A DNA stretch of 64,000 nt from an uncultured Candidatus Rokubacteria bacterium (GTDB lineage: Bacteria > Methylomirabilota > Methylomirabilia > Rokubacteriales > CSP1-6). The position numbers were made by a program, and so were the translations under genes. This document shows, in pieces, positions 22,016-33,739 of the stretch. Under the pieces are notes generated by a model. It had not been told where the DNA came from. It worked only from the letters and a program-made list of their open reading frames with translations, and ran no database searches. The stretch is from positions 2,240,001-2,304,000 of the forward strand of contig CAVYTA010000006.1 in assembly GCA_963771355.1 (NCBI GenBank). Direction: 5' to 3'. The stretch's first letter is position 1. Every line of letters begins with the position of its first letter.

Positions 22016-22896
22016 CCGTAGTGCACCCGGCGCTCGATGAAGCGGAACTGGAAGGCGGTGAGGGCCATCACCACGATGAGGAGGATGACGGACTGCGCGG
22101 AGGAGCCGCCGAGATCCAGGTTGATCACCCCGTCGACGTAGACCTTGTAGATCAGGGTCTCGGTGGCCTTGCCGGGACCGCCGCCGGTGAGCGCGTGGAT
22201 GGTCCCGAACGTGTCGAAGAAGGCATACACGAGATTGACCACCAGGAGGAAGAAGGTCGTCGGAGACAGGAGCGGGAAGATGATGCTCCAGAAGCGGCGC
22301 GCGGGCCCGGCGCCGTCGATGGCGGCGGCCTCGATCACCGGCTTCTGAATGGCCTGCAGCCCGGCGAGGAAGAAAAGGAAGTTGTAGCTGACCTGCTTCC
22401 ACGACGCGGCCACGATCACCAGGCCCATGGCCTGGGCGCCGTTGAGCTTGTAGTCCCAGGCGATGCCGAGATCGCGGAGGCTCCGCCCCAGGATGCCGAT
22501 GGTGGGATGCAGCACGAAGAGCCACAGCACCGCCGCCACCGCGGGCGCCACCGCGTAGGGCCACATGAGGAGCGTCTTGTACACGCCGGCGCCGCGGATC
22601 TGCCGGTCCGCCATCACCGCGAGAGTGAGGGCGCTCGCCATGGACAGCCCGGTGACGGCGGTGCTGAACACGAACGTCCGCCCCGCCGAGGCCAGGTACA
22701 GCGGATCGGTGAGTACGTGCCGGTAGTTCTCGAGCCCCACGAAGATCAGTCGGAGGCCGAAGGCATCCTGGAGGAAGAACGAGTAGTAGACGGCCTGGCC
22801 GGCGGGCCAGAAGAAGAAGATGAGGGTGATGGCGACCTGGGGCGCCAGGAGCAGATAGGGCAGGAGCTTGCCGTCGAAGATCACGCGCCGGTGCAT
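22012..22896 (-). CDS. ugpA: sn-glycerol-3-phosphate ABC permease
   Basis: LPYLLLAPQ...[32 protein letters not shown]. Confidence 0.95.
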   Translation of the reverse strand: MHRRVIFDGKLLPYLLLAPQVAITLIFFFWPAGQAVYYSFFLQDAFGLRLIFVGLENYRHVLTDPLYLASAGRTFVFSTAVTGLSMASALTLAVMADRQIRGAGVYKTLLMWPYAVAPAVAAVLWLFVLHPTIGILGRSLRDLGIAWDYKLNGAQAMGLVIVAASWKQVSYNFLFFLAGLQAIQKPVIEAAAIDGAGPARRFWSIIFPLLSPTTFFLLVVNLVYAFFDTFGTIHALTGGGPGKATETLIYKVYVDGVINLDLGGSSAQSVILLIVVMALTAFQFRFIERRVHYG

Positions 22897-22956
22897 GGGG
22901 CCTCCATGCGCCCGGCGCGTGTGCCCGTGGCCATCTGGTGCCGGGGCCGACTCAGC

Positions 22957-24297
22957 CTAGGAGCGATTCGCCCGCTCGAAGTTCCGGAGGACGACGTTAC
23001 CCCGCTGGACGGCGCTGTCGAGCGCCTGCTGGGCGGTCTGCTGGCCCTGGAAGGCCTTCTCCAGCTCCTCCTGGATGATGTTGCGGATCTCCGGCATGTT
23101 GCCCAGGCGCAGGCCGCGCGAGTTCTCGCTCGGCTGCGTCCGGGTGAGCTGGAGATAGGGAATGTCCGTGCCCGGGTTCTGCTGGTAGAAGCCCGACGCC
23201 TTCACCTTCTCGTAACCGGCGATGGTCACGGGGAGGAAGCCGGTGTCGGTGTGCCACTTCGCTACCACCTCGGGCTGGCTGATGTAGCGGAAGAACTCGG
23301 CCACCGCCTTGTACTCCTCCGGCTTGCGGGTCGGGGAGGTCATCACCCAGAAGCTCGCCCCGCCGATGATGGAGTTCTTGGGCGCATTGGGCGTGCCCGG
23401 CCAGTACGGCAGCATGGTGGCGCCCCAGTCGAACTTGGCCTCGCGCAGGATGCGGGCGCGGAGGCCCGAGGAAGCGTGGATCATGGCGCACTCGCCCGAG
23501 GGGAAGAGCGCGTCGCCGGCGGCGTCGCGCCCGCCGTACTTGAAGGTCCCCTCCTTCTGCATGTCCATGAGCGCCTGCACGTGCCTGACGTGGAGCGGGC
23601 TATTGATCTTGAGCTCGGCGTCGAGGCCCTCCATCCCGTTGGCCTTGGTGGCGAGCGGGACGTCGTGGATGGCGCTGAACTGCTCGAACTGCGCCCACGT
23701 CGGCCAGGCGGTGGTGAAGGCGCACGGCGCGGCGTTGGCGGCCTTGATCTTCCTCGCCGCCGCGATGAGGTCGGGCCAGGTCTGCGGCGGCTTGGCGGGG
23801 TCGAGGCCCGCCTTCTTGAAGGCGTCCTTGTTGTAGAACATGATCGTCGTCGAGCTGTTGAACGGCATCGACACCATGCGGCCGTCGGGCAGGCTGTAGT
23901 ACCCCTTCACCGCAGGGACATAGGCGTTCGGGTCGAAGGTCACGCCCGTCTCGCGCATCAGCTCGTGCACGGGCTTCACCGCGCCGCGCGCGGACATCAT
24001 GGTGGCGGTGCCCACCTCGAACATCTGCACGATGTGCGGTGCATTGCCGGCCCGGAAGGCGGCGATCGCGCCCACCATGGTCTCGGGATAGGAGCCCTTG
24101 AAGCTCGAGTTGACCTGATACTGAGTTTGCGACGCGTTGAAGTCCGCCGCGATCTTCTCGAGGAGCCCACCCAGCGGCTGCCCGAGGCCATGCCAGAACT
24201 CCACCTGGACGCGGGATTGCGCGCGGGTGGGCAGGACGGTGAATACGGTGGTGGCCAGGACAAGCGCCACGAAGATAGCGAGGTTTCGACGAGTCAT
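22957..24297 (-). CDS. ugpB: sn-glycerol-3-phosphate-binding protein
   Basis: FWH, AAFRAGNAPHIVQMFEVGTATMM, MPFNSST, IIGGASFW, GLRLGN. Confidence 0.95.
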   Translation of the reverse strand: MTRRNLAIFVALVLATTVFTVLPTRAQSRVQVEFWHGLGQPLGGLLEKIAADFNASQTQYQVNSSFKGSYPETMVGAIAAFRAGNAPHIVQMFEVGTATMMSARGAVKPVHELMRETGVTFDPNAYVPAVKGYYSLPDGRMVSMPFNSSTTIMFYNKDAFKKAGLDPAKPPQTWPDLIAAARKIKAANAAPCAFTTAWPTWAQFEQFSAIHDVPLATKANGMEGLDAELKINSPLHVRHVQALMDMQKEGTFKYGGRDAAGDALFPSGECAMIHASSGLRARILREAKFDWGATMLPYWPGTPNAPKNSIIGGASFWVMTSPTRKPEEYKAVAEFFRYISQPEVVAKWHTDTGFLPVTIAGYEKVKASGFYQQNPGTDIPYLQLTRTQPSENSRGLRLGNMPEIRNIIQEELEKAFQGQQTAQQALDSAVQRGNVVLRNFERANRS

Positions 24298-24392
24298 GCC
24301 GGGGTTCCCCCTTGCCGCGAAGTTCAGTGTGAGCAACGCATTCTAATGCACGGACTGCGACGGGGCAATCATCGCACCGATGGTAGTGGATT

Positions 24393-24584
24393 GGCGAGCC
24401 GCAGCCGAAGGCGAGGCGAGCGGATCAGTAATGGTGTCCCCGAGCGGAGCGAGGGGGGCGAGCCGCAGCCGAAGGCGAGGCGAGCGGATCAGTAATGGTG
24501 TCCCCGAGCGGAACGAGGGGGGCGAGCCGCCGCCGAAGGCGAGGCGAGCGGACAAGTAATGGGTCTCCCCGAGCGGAGCGAGGG
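24393..24584. repeat. 64-bp tandem repeat, 3 copies (intergenic, REP-like)
   Basis: Unit GGCGAGCCGCAGCCGAAGGCGAGGCGAGCGGATCAGTAATGGTGTCCCCGAGCGGAGCGAGGGG starts at 24393, 24457 and 24521; third copy more diverged; no spacers. Confidence 0.92.
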
Positions 24585-24587
24585 CGG

Positions 24588-26225
24588 TTACGCGGGTTGC
24601 CGGAAGCGGTGGGAGCGGTCGACGTGCTTCTGGTAGGCCTCGAGCTCGGCGTCCAGGCGCCGGGAAGACCAGCCGGCCACCTCGGCCATGCGCCGGCCGA
24701 TGGTCTCCGCGCAGTCGAGACCCTGGCAGAGGCTCTGGCCGATGCCGGTGCGGCGGATGAGCACGTCCTGCAGGGAGACCGCCATCTCCTCGCGCACCGC
24801 GTGGTGGAGCTGGGCCACGATCTCGGGATTGGAGGGGCAGAGGCGCTCGGCGCCGTCCGGCAGCTTCTTGGCCAGCTCGAGAACCCGCGCGTAGCCACCA
24901 CCGTACGTATCCACCAGCACCTGGAGCGTCTCCCGGGGCAGCCCGGTGGCCGCCATCTCCGCGGAGACGTCGAGCCAGGCGCGCGCCTCCAGCTTGGCCA
25001 CGTCCTCGTCGAGCCCATCCAGGCTGAGCCGCGCGGAGGTGGACGGCTGCCGGCGGCCGATACGCGCCATCACGAGGTCGCCCACCTCCTCGGACAGGCT
25101 CCGGAAGCAGGTGAGCTTGGTGCCGGTCACGGTGAGGAGACGATCCTCCGGGCCCTCCAGCACCACCTTGTGATCCCTCGAGACCTTGGAGGCGGCGGCG
25201 CCCGACTCGAACGAGAGCGGCCGCACGCCCGCGTAAGTGTAGGCGACGTGTTCAAGGGTCACCCGCGGGTCCGGCAGCACACGGCGCACGGCGCTCAAGA
25301 GGTACTCCACCTCCTCGCGCGTGGCCCAGAGCCGGTCGGGATCGCCGGCGAAATCGGTGTCGGTAGTCCCCACCAGGGAGAAGTCGCGCCACGGGATCAC
25401 GAAGATCATCCGCTCGTCGGAGTCGGAGGAGAGGTAGACCGCGCGCTCGGTGAGCCGGGGCAGCAGGCAGTGGATGCCCTTGGTGGTGCGGACCACGCGC
25501 GGGGTGGTGCGGGTCACGCCCGCCAGCTCGCGCACGCGGTCCGCCCAGGGCCCCGCCGCGTTGACGACCACGGAGGCACGCACCGAGAAGACTTGATCCG
25601 TGAGGAGGTCGCGCACCCGCACCCCGTCGAGGCCCCGCGTTCCCTTCACGATCTCTTCCACCTGGCAGTAGTTGTGGACGCGCGCGCCGTGGCGCGCCGC
25701 CGACAGGATGTTCTCCAGGCACATCCGCTCGGGGAAGAGGAGGAGGTCGTCGAAGTAGTAGCCGGCCCCCTTGAGGTCCTCAGCGCGAATGTTCGGTTCC
25801 ATGGCGAGGGTGTCCACTGCCCGCAGGGTGCGGTACCGCTCGGTGACCTTGCCGGGAGTGAGGAGGTCGTAGAGCCACATGCCGATGCGGACGAGGACGA
25901 GCCCGCGCCGACTCCCCTTGAACACCGGGACCAGGAAGGGCAACGGCCGCACCAGGTGCGGCGCCACGCGCTCCAGCGTCTTCCGTTCGCGGAGCGACTC
26001 GCGCACGAGCTTGAAGTCGCCCAGTTCGAGATAGCGCAGGCCGCCGTGAATGAGCTTGGACGATTTCGACGAGGTGCCGGAGGCGAAGTCGCCCTTCTCG
26101 AAGAGCGCGACGGCGACACCGCGGAGGGCGAGGTCCCGCGCGATGCCGGCGCCGGCCATGCCGCCCCCGATCACCACCGCGTTGAACGGCGTCTGGTCGA
26201 TGCCCGCGAGCCGGCTCTGGATCAT
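24588..26225 (-). CDS. glpD: FAD-dependent glycerol-3-phosphate dehydrogenase
   Basis: IGGGMAG, DFASGTSSKSSKLIHGGLRYLE, VNAAGPW, AGVRPL. Confidence 0.93.
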   Translation of the reverse strand: MIQSRLAGIDQTPFNAVVIGGGMAGAGIARDLALRGVAVALFEKGDFASGTSSKSSKLIHGGLRYLELGDFKLVRESLRERKTLERVAPHLVRPLPFLVPVFKGSRRGLVLVRIGMWLYDLLTPGKVTERYRTLRAVDTLAMEPNIRAEDLKGAGYYFDDLLLFPERMCLENILSAARHGARVHNYCQVEEIVKGTRGLDGVRVRDLLTDQVFSVRASVVVNAAGPWADRVRELAGVTRTTPRVVRTTKGIHCLLPRLTERAVYLSSDSDERMIFVIPWRDFSLVGTTDTDFAGDPDRLWATREEVEYLLSAVRRVLPDPRVTLEHVAYTYAGVRPLSFESGAAASKVSRDHKVVLEGPEDRLLTVTGTKLTCFRSLSEEVGDLVMARIGRRQPSTSARLSLDGLDEDVAKLEARAWLDVSAEMAATGLPRETLQVLVDTYGGGYARVLELAKKLPDGAERLCPSNPEIVAQLHHAVREEMAVSLQDVLIRRTGIGQSLCQGLDCAETIGRRMAEVAGWSSRRLDAELEAYQKHVDRSHRFRQPA

Positions 26226-26232
26226 GATGTGC

Positions 26233-27012
26233 TCACGACAGAATCTCTCGCACGGATCGTATCACGTGGTCGGGAGCGAGGCCGGGGATTCGCGGGTCGT
26301 CGGGCCGCGTGATCCCGCTCAGCACGAGAATGGTGGCGAGTCCGCTGCGCTTGCCCATCGCCACGTCGGTCTCGATGCGGTCGCCCACCATCACCGCGTC
26401 CGCCGCGGCCACGCCGAGCGCGGACAGCGCCACCTCGAGGATGATGGGGGAGGGCTTTCCCACGATGGTCTCCACCTTTCGGTCCGTCACCGCTTCCACC
26501 GCTGCAATCATCCCCGCGCAGTCGGGGATCTCGCCGCCCTCCACCGGGCAGGTGCGATCGGGATTGGTGGCGATGAGGCGTGCGCCCCCCTTCACCGCCT
26601 GCAATGCGGTGTTGAGCTTGGCATAGGTGAAGGTGCGGTCGAAGGCGATGACCACCCAGCGGACGCGCTCGTCATCACGCACCTCGAAGCCGTGCGCGCG
26701 CATCTCCGCCAGCAGCGGCGGCTCGCCGATCACGTACACCGGCGCGCCGGGGTCGAGCACGTGCAGGTGCCGGGCCAGCACCAGCGACGCCGTGATCACC
26801 TCGTCCGCGTCCACCGGGATGCCGAGGCGGGTGAGCTTGCGCGCGTAGTCGGCGCGCGTCTCCAGCGGCTTGTTGGTCAGGAAGGCGAGACGCCGGGCCT
26901 CCGCGCGCAGCGCCGCCACCACCTCGGCGGCGCCGGGGACGAGGCGCTCGCCCACGTAGATGGTGCCGTCGAGGTCGAAGAGCCAGCCGCGATACGGGAA
27001 CCTGACCGCCAT
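26233..27012 (-). CDS. HAD-IIA family phosphatase (NagD-like)
   Basis: DLDGT, LTN, ATNPD, GKPS, MVGDRIETD. Confidence 0.92.
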   Translation of the reverse strand: MAVRFPYRGWLFDLDGTIYVGERLVPGAAEVVAALRAEARRLAFLTNKPLETRADYARKLTRLGIPVDADEVITASLVLARHLHVLDPGAPVYVIGEPPLLAEMRAHGFEVRDDERVRWVVIAFDRTFTYAKLNTALQAVKGGARLIATNPDRTCPVEGGEIPDCAGMIAAVEAVTDRKVETIVGKPSPIILEVALSALGVAAADAVMVGDRIETDVAMGKRSGLATILVLSGITRPDDPRIPGLAPDHVIRSVREILS

Positions 27013-27039
27013 GGCGCGGTGCGGAACCCGCCGGGCGCC

Positions 27040-28512
27040 CTACCGGAGGAGCGGGGCGAGCGCGGTCTGGGCGAGGTCGAAGTACGCCGCCGGCATCACG
27101 CCCAGCCACACTACCCCGCAGAGCGCGACGAGGATGGCGAGCGAGCCGCCCAGCGAGGGGACCATCACGGTGGGGGCGCCGTCCGGCTCCCGCATGTACA
27201 TCACCACCACGATGCGAAGGTAATAGTAGGCGGCCACGGCGGAGTTGAGCACCCCGATCACCGCCAACCACACATAGCCCGCACGCACGGCCGCGCCGAA
27301 GAGATAGAACTTCCCCACGAAGCCGGCGGTGGGGGGGATGCCCACCAGCGAGAGGAGGAAGATCGTCAGCACCAGCGCCATCACCGGATGCCGCGCGGCG
27401 AGCCCGGCGAGGTCCGCGGTCTCCACTGCCTCGCGGCCGCCCCGCTCGAGGAGCAGGATCACACCGAAGGCCCCCGCGGTGGTGAACGTGTACACGAGGA
27501 GATAGAAGAGCACGCTGGAGTTGCCGAGGGAGCCCCCCGCCGCCACGCCGATGAGAATATAGCCCACGTGGGCGATGGACGAGTACGCCAGCATGCGCTT
27601 GACGTTCTGCTGGGCGATGGCCACCACGTTCCCCACCGTCATGCTGAGCACGGCCAGCCCCCACATGAGCAGCGACCAGTCCGCCTGACCCTGGCGCAGC
27701 GCCACCAGCAGCACGCGCAGCAGGGCGGCGAAGGCGGCCGCCTTGGAGCCGGTGGCGATGAGGATGGTGATGGACGTGGGCGCGCCCTGATACACGTCGG
27801 ACACCCACATGTGGAAGGGCACGGTGGAGATCTTGAAGCCGAAGCCCACCACCAGGAGGCCGAAGCCCACCAGCAGCAGCGGATCCCGCGCGGGCCCCGC
27901 CCCGATGGCGACGGCGATGCGGTCGATGTTGGTGGTGCCGGTGGCCCCGTACACGAGCGCGATACCGTAGAGGAAGAACCCGGAGGCGAAGGCGCCGAGC
28001 AGGAAGTACTTCATCGAGGCCTCGGCGGACTCGATGCGGCCGCGGAACGATCCCGCCAGCACGTAGAGCGCGAGGGACATGGTCTCCAGGCCGAGGAACA
28101 CCACGATGAGGTCGCCCGCCCCTGCCATCAGGGTCATTCCCACCGCGGCGAGGATGACGAGGATGTAGAACTCGCCGGACTCCGCGCCCTGCCGGCGGGC
28201 GTAGTCGAGCGACTGCAAGAGCACCAGGCCCACCCCGAAGCCGATCACCAGGTTGAAGAAGATGGCGAAACCGTCCAGGATCACCATGCCCTGGAAGGCG
28301 CGCTCGTCGGCGCCCCAGAGATACAGCGAGACCACCAGCGAGCCCACGATCCCCGCCAGGCCTACCACGCCCATGTGCTCCTTGCGCTCCCGCGGGGGCA
28401 GGAGATCGAGGACAAGGAGCACCAGCGCGGTGATGGCAAGCACCAGCACCGGCCCGATGGCCGCGAGGTTGATGGCCGGAGCGACGAGGGCGGGAGCGAG
28501 GGTGGGCGGCAT
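27040..28512 (-). CDS. nuoN: NADH-quinone oxidoreductase subunit N
   Basis: EASMKYFLLGA, FKISTVPFHMW, KRMLAYSSIAHVGY, GIPPTAGFVGK. Confidence 0.95.
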   Translation of the reverse strand: MPPTLAPALVAPAINLAAIGPVLVLAITALVLLVLDLLPPRERKEHMGVVGLAGIVGSLVVSLYLWGADERAFQGMVILDGFAIFFNLVIGFGVGLVLLQSLDYARRQGAESGEFYILVILAAVGMTLMAGAGDLIVVFLGLETMSLALYVLAGSFRGRIESAEASMKYFLLGAFASGFFLYGIALVYGATGTTNIDRIAVAIGAGPARDPLLLVGFGLLVVGFGFKISTVPFHMWVSDVYQGAPTSITILIATGSKAAAFAALLRVLLVALRQGQADWSLLMWGLAVLSMTVGNVVAIAQQNVKRMLAYSSIAHVGYILIGVAAGGSLGNSSVLFYLLVYTFTTAGAFGVILLLERGGREAVETADLAGLAARHPVMALVLTIFLLSLVGIPPTAGFVGKFYLFGAAVRAGYVWLAVIGVLNSAVAAYYYLRIVVVMYMREPDGAPTVMVPSLGGSLAILVALCGVVWLGVMPAAYFDLAQTALAPLLR

Positions 28513-28516
28513 GGGG

Positions 28517-30030
28517 CTAACGCACGGCCAGCGCGGCGGTAGCCGCGGCCTTGGCCTGTACCTGGCTGATCAGGGCCTGCACACTCGCCTCCGTGAGCCG
28601 GGTGAAGGGCGCGGGGTAGACGCCGATCCACACGATGAACAGGAGCACCGGCGCCAGCACCACCCACTCGCGCACGCTCAGATCCGGGAGCCGGCGGTTC
28701 TCCTCCCGCGTGATCTCGCCGAAGAACACCCGCTGGTACATCCACAACATGTACACCGCGGCGAAGATGATGCCGGTGGTGGCCAGCACCGCCACGGTTC
28801 GGTTCCACTGGAAGGCGCCGACCAGGATGAGGAACTCGCCCACGAACCCGTTGAGGCCGGGCAGCCCGATGGAGGACAAGGTCACCACCAGGAAGAGCGC
28901 GCTGAAGGCGGGCATCACCTTCCACAGCCCGCCGTAGTCCTCGATGAGCCGGGTGTGGCGCCGCTCGTAGATCATGCCCACCAGAAGGAAGAGCGCGCCG
29001 GTGCTGAGCCCGTGGTTCACCATCTGGATGATCCCGCCCACCAGACCCTGGGGATTCAGCGCGAACACGCCCAGCATGACGAAACCCAGGTGGCTCACGC
29101 TGGAATAGGCCACCAGCTTCTTGATGTCGGCCTGCACGGTGGACACCCACGCCCCGTAGATGATGCCGATCACGGCGAGGGCGATCACCCAGGGCGCGAA
29201 GGTGATGCTGGCCTGGGGAAAGAGCGGCAAGCAGAATCGCAGGAAACCGTAGGTTCCCATCTTCAGGAGCACGCCGGCGAGGATCACGCTGCCGGGGGTG
29301 GGCGCCTCCACGTGCGCGTCGGGGAGCCAGGTGTGGAAGGGGAACATCGGCACCTTGATGGCGAAGGCCAGCGCAAAGGCGAGGAAGAGGAGATTCTGGG
29401 TCTGGCCGCCGGGGAGCACGTACTGGGTGAGCAGGGGCAGGTCGAAGGTGTAGTTGCCGGTCGCGGCGCCGTGCTGGAAGAACAGCGCTAGGATGGCGAC
29501 CAGCATCAGCAGGGAGCCGGCCAGGGTGTAGAGCACGAACTTCACCGCCGCGTACACGCGGTTCGTCCCGCCCCAGATCCCGATGATCAGGTACATCGGG
29601 ATGAGCATGGCCTCCCAGAACACGTAGAAGAGGAACAGGTCCAGCGCCACGAACACCCCGAGCATCCCCGTCTCCAGGAGCAGCATGGTGACGGCGAACT
29701 CCTTCCACCGCTTCTCGATGGAGTGCCAGGAGGCGAGGAGCGTGAGGGGCATCAGGAAGGTGGTCAGGAGCACGAGAAGGAGGCTGATGCCGTCGATCCC
29801 CAGGTGGTAGGTGATGCCCAGCGTGGGCATCCAGGGCCGGCGCTCCTGGAACTGGTAGTCGGCCACCCGCGCGTCGAAACCGAAATAGATCGGCAGCGAC
29901 ACCACGAAGGTGATGAGCGCCACCGCCAGGGTCGCCTGCTTGACCAGGCCCTCGCGGTCGCGCGGCAGCAGCGTGATCAGCAGGCCGCCCAGGGCGGGCA
30001 GGAACACCACGAGGGACAGCGCGAGGCCCC

Positions 30031-30034
<4 letters not shown>
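28517..30034 (-). CDS. nuoM: NADH-quinone oxidoreductase subunit M
   Basis: C-terminal half of ORF 28517..31759; ATG 30034 overlaps nuoL stop; IKVPMFPFHTWLPDAHVEAPT, LLKMGTYG. Confidence 0.96.
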
Positions 30035-31914
<1,880 letters not shown>

Positions 31915-31943
31915 GGTTGTGCTTTCGGGTACAAACCCGCATC

Positions 31944-31973
31944 ACTCTATAAGAAGGGGCGTCCGCGTGTCAA
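31944..31973 (-). promoter_or_regulatory. Sigma70-type promoter of nuoL
   Basis: TTGACA (31973-31968)-N18-TAGAGT (31949-31944). Confidence 0.55.
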
Positions 31974-32116
31974 ATGCCCGGCGCACAGAGGAAATAGCGC
32001 GGGCTAACTTCCTAACTGTATAGCCTCCCGAGCGGTGCGGAGGCCGTCAACCCCCGCGTTTGTGCCCGGGATTGTGCCCGTTAGTCGACGGGTAGTCTCC
32101 TGGAGATCGGCGTCGC

Positions 32117-32325
32117 TTACGATGGCATAGCGGCGACAGTCAAGCGCCGTCCGCGGAAGAAGGGGTCCAGATGGGCGAGCCGGCGGTTGGCCTCCTTGCC
32201 TCGCGCTCGCCCGTCGTCTCGTAGTGCCGCTTGAGGTCGTTGCGCGCCTCGTCCTAGGTCACGCGATCGCGTGTTCTCGCGGATCGGCTTGCCTTGCGCG
32301 TAGTACTTGATCCAGTAGACGCGGA
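32117..32325 (-). pseudogene. Tyrosine integrase N-terminal remnant
   Basis: Fragments VYWIKYYAQGKPIRE / DRVT*DEARNDLKRHYETTGER / RRLAHLDPFFRGRR in shifting frames with an internal stop; no catalytic domain. Confidence 0.6.
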
Positions 32326-32692
32326 GAAAGTGTTCCCTTCGGAACAGTCCGCAATTCTGTTTTTGCAGAATCCGACAAATTTTCTGGAATCTCTCTAGCG
32401 CTCGGCGAGAAGCGCGCGTAGGGTCATCAGTAGGAGCGACGATGATCCGACTCGGAGTAATAGGACTGACAATTCTCCGCTGGCTCGCCGTAGCCTCCAT
32501 GGCCGTTCTCGCCTACTTCCTCGCCGACTGAATGTCGGGGGTGTTCAATCCCGCGAGCTGGCCCCTAGCACTGGTAGCCGCGATCATCCCTGTGCCTCCC
32601 TGTAGCGTCTGACCGCTCCGTAAAGGACGTCCTTGCTTTCGCCTCACCAAAGTGTTCACTTTGGAACACTTTTTCGGACTCGGAGGCCACCC

Positions 32693-32860
32693 TTGACGAA
32701 CCGGATCGACCGCCACGGGAATCCGATCTGCCCGGTCTGTGAACTCCCCCTCCTGAAGCCCTACACCTGCCCATTTGTCGGCGAGCAGCGGGTGCACCAC
32801 GAATGCTGGGCCACGCCATTTCCGCGTAGCGCCGGCGGGCCACCGCGGCAGTCAGGCTGA
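32693..32860 (+). CDS. 55-aa CxxC/HxxC microprotein (copy 1)
   Basis: GGAGG RBS then TTG; MTNRIDRHGNPICPVCELPLLKPYTCPFVGEQRVHHECWATPFPRSAGGPPRQSG; paralogue at 33569. Confidence 0.7.
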   Translation: MTNRIDRHGNPICPVCELPLLKPYTCPFVGEQRVHHECWATPFPRSAGGPPRQSG

Positions 32861-32867
32861 AGCGCGT

Positions 32868-33041
32868 ATGAAAATGAAAGTGATCAACCTGGACACACGG
32901 ACCAACATCGCCACCTTGGAGTGCGAATGCGGGGGCCTGACGCTCATTTCCACGGCGGGGGCGACGGAAGCCATGCCCAATCGAGGGCACTGTCCCGTAT
33001 GTAACGAAACCTTCGACTACCCGAACGACCTGACGACGTAG
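32868..33041 (+). CDS. 57-aa Cys-rich (CxC...CxxC) microprotein
   Basis: MKMKVINLDTRTNIATLECECGGLTLISTAGATEAMPNRGHCPVCNETFDYPNDLTT, 7 nt after previous gene. Confidence 0.55.
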   Translation: MKMKVINLDTRTNIATLECECGGLTLISTAGATEAMPNRGHCPVCNETFDYPNDLTT

Positions 33042-33350
33042 CGACGTTACAGTCCCTCCTCCAATCGTTGACGGTTCTTCCCCGTAGAGCGGTCTGGGCC
33101 TAATGGCCCTCCTCCGGCCCCTTGAGCAGCCGCGCGAGATCCTGGCGGCGCCTTGAGTCGGCGGCGGCTGTCATCGCGCTTGCACCTCGAGAAACGCCCG
33201 CCCGCATGACGAGGACGATACTCGGGAGCAACTCGCCGCGCTGCGCCTCGGTCAACGCCGCCTCATTCTGAACGATGGGCGGCGGCAGCGCGGAAGTGGC
33301 ACTACAACACAGCCGGCCGCCTCGAGGATCGCGGCACCGGTGCTCGAAAA

Positions 33351-33379
33351 CCCCTGGAAGTAGTGAACTTTCCAGGGGG
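33351..33379. terminator. Stem-loop, putative intrinsic terminator
   Basis: CCCCTGGAA...TTCCAGGGG inverted repeat preceded by AAAA (U-tract on minus strand). Confidence 0.45.
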
Positions 33380-33568
33380 CTCGATGCTCCCCGGCGTCAA
33401 ATGCCCGGGAACCAAAGGAAATAGATTTCACATCCCCAGCCGTAGCTCACGGCAGTCATTCGCTTCCCTCCTGGTACGCCTTTAGTCCTACGCCGCAGGG
33501 CGTCTTGCGTTCGAGTCGAGAAAGTGTTCAATAAGGGACACTAATCGTTCTGACTCGGAGATTCGCCG

Positions 33569-33733
33569 GTGCCCAACCGACTCGACCCTTACGGGAACAC
33601 GATCTGTCCGGTCTGTGAGTTGCCCATCTTGAATCCCGACACGAGCCCTTTCGTCGGCGATCAACGGGTACACGCAGCCTGCTGGGCCACGCCGCTTCCG
33701 CGCAGCGTCGGCGGGGCACTGCGCACGTCATGA
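33569..33733 (+). CDS. 54-aa CxxC/HxxC microprotein (copy 2; absent from ORF track)
   Basis: GGAG RBS then GTG; MPNRLDPYGNTICPVCELPILNPDTSPFVGDQRVHAACWATPLPRSVGGALRTS; ungapped paralogue of 32693 with many third-position changes. Confidence 0.7.
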   Translation: MPNRLDPYGNTICPVCELPILNPDTSPFVGDQRVHAACWATPLPRSVGGALRTS

Positions 33734-33739
33734 AACCAG

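Noticed and set aside
24393..24584. CRISPR array
   Set aside because: Units are contiguous 64-bp copies with no unique spacers, and there are no cas genes in the window.
22021..28542. Long plus-strand ORFs (22021..24495, 24495..26312, 26050..28542) and similar antisense ORFs throughout
   Set aside because: Antisense or off-frame shadows of recognised genes, expected at high GC; low-complexity R/G/A/P composition and no motifs.
32117..32500. Intact 127-aa gene or functional integrase
   Set aside because: Chimeric frame crossing integrase fragments; no catalytic R-H-R-Y domain present.
33428..33480. tRNA-like start (GCCGTAGCTCA)
   Set aside because: No T-arm GTTC motif, acceptor-stem complement or CCA could be found.
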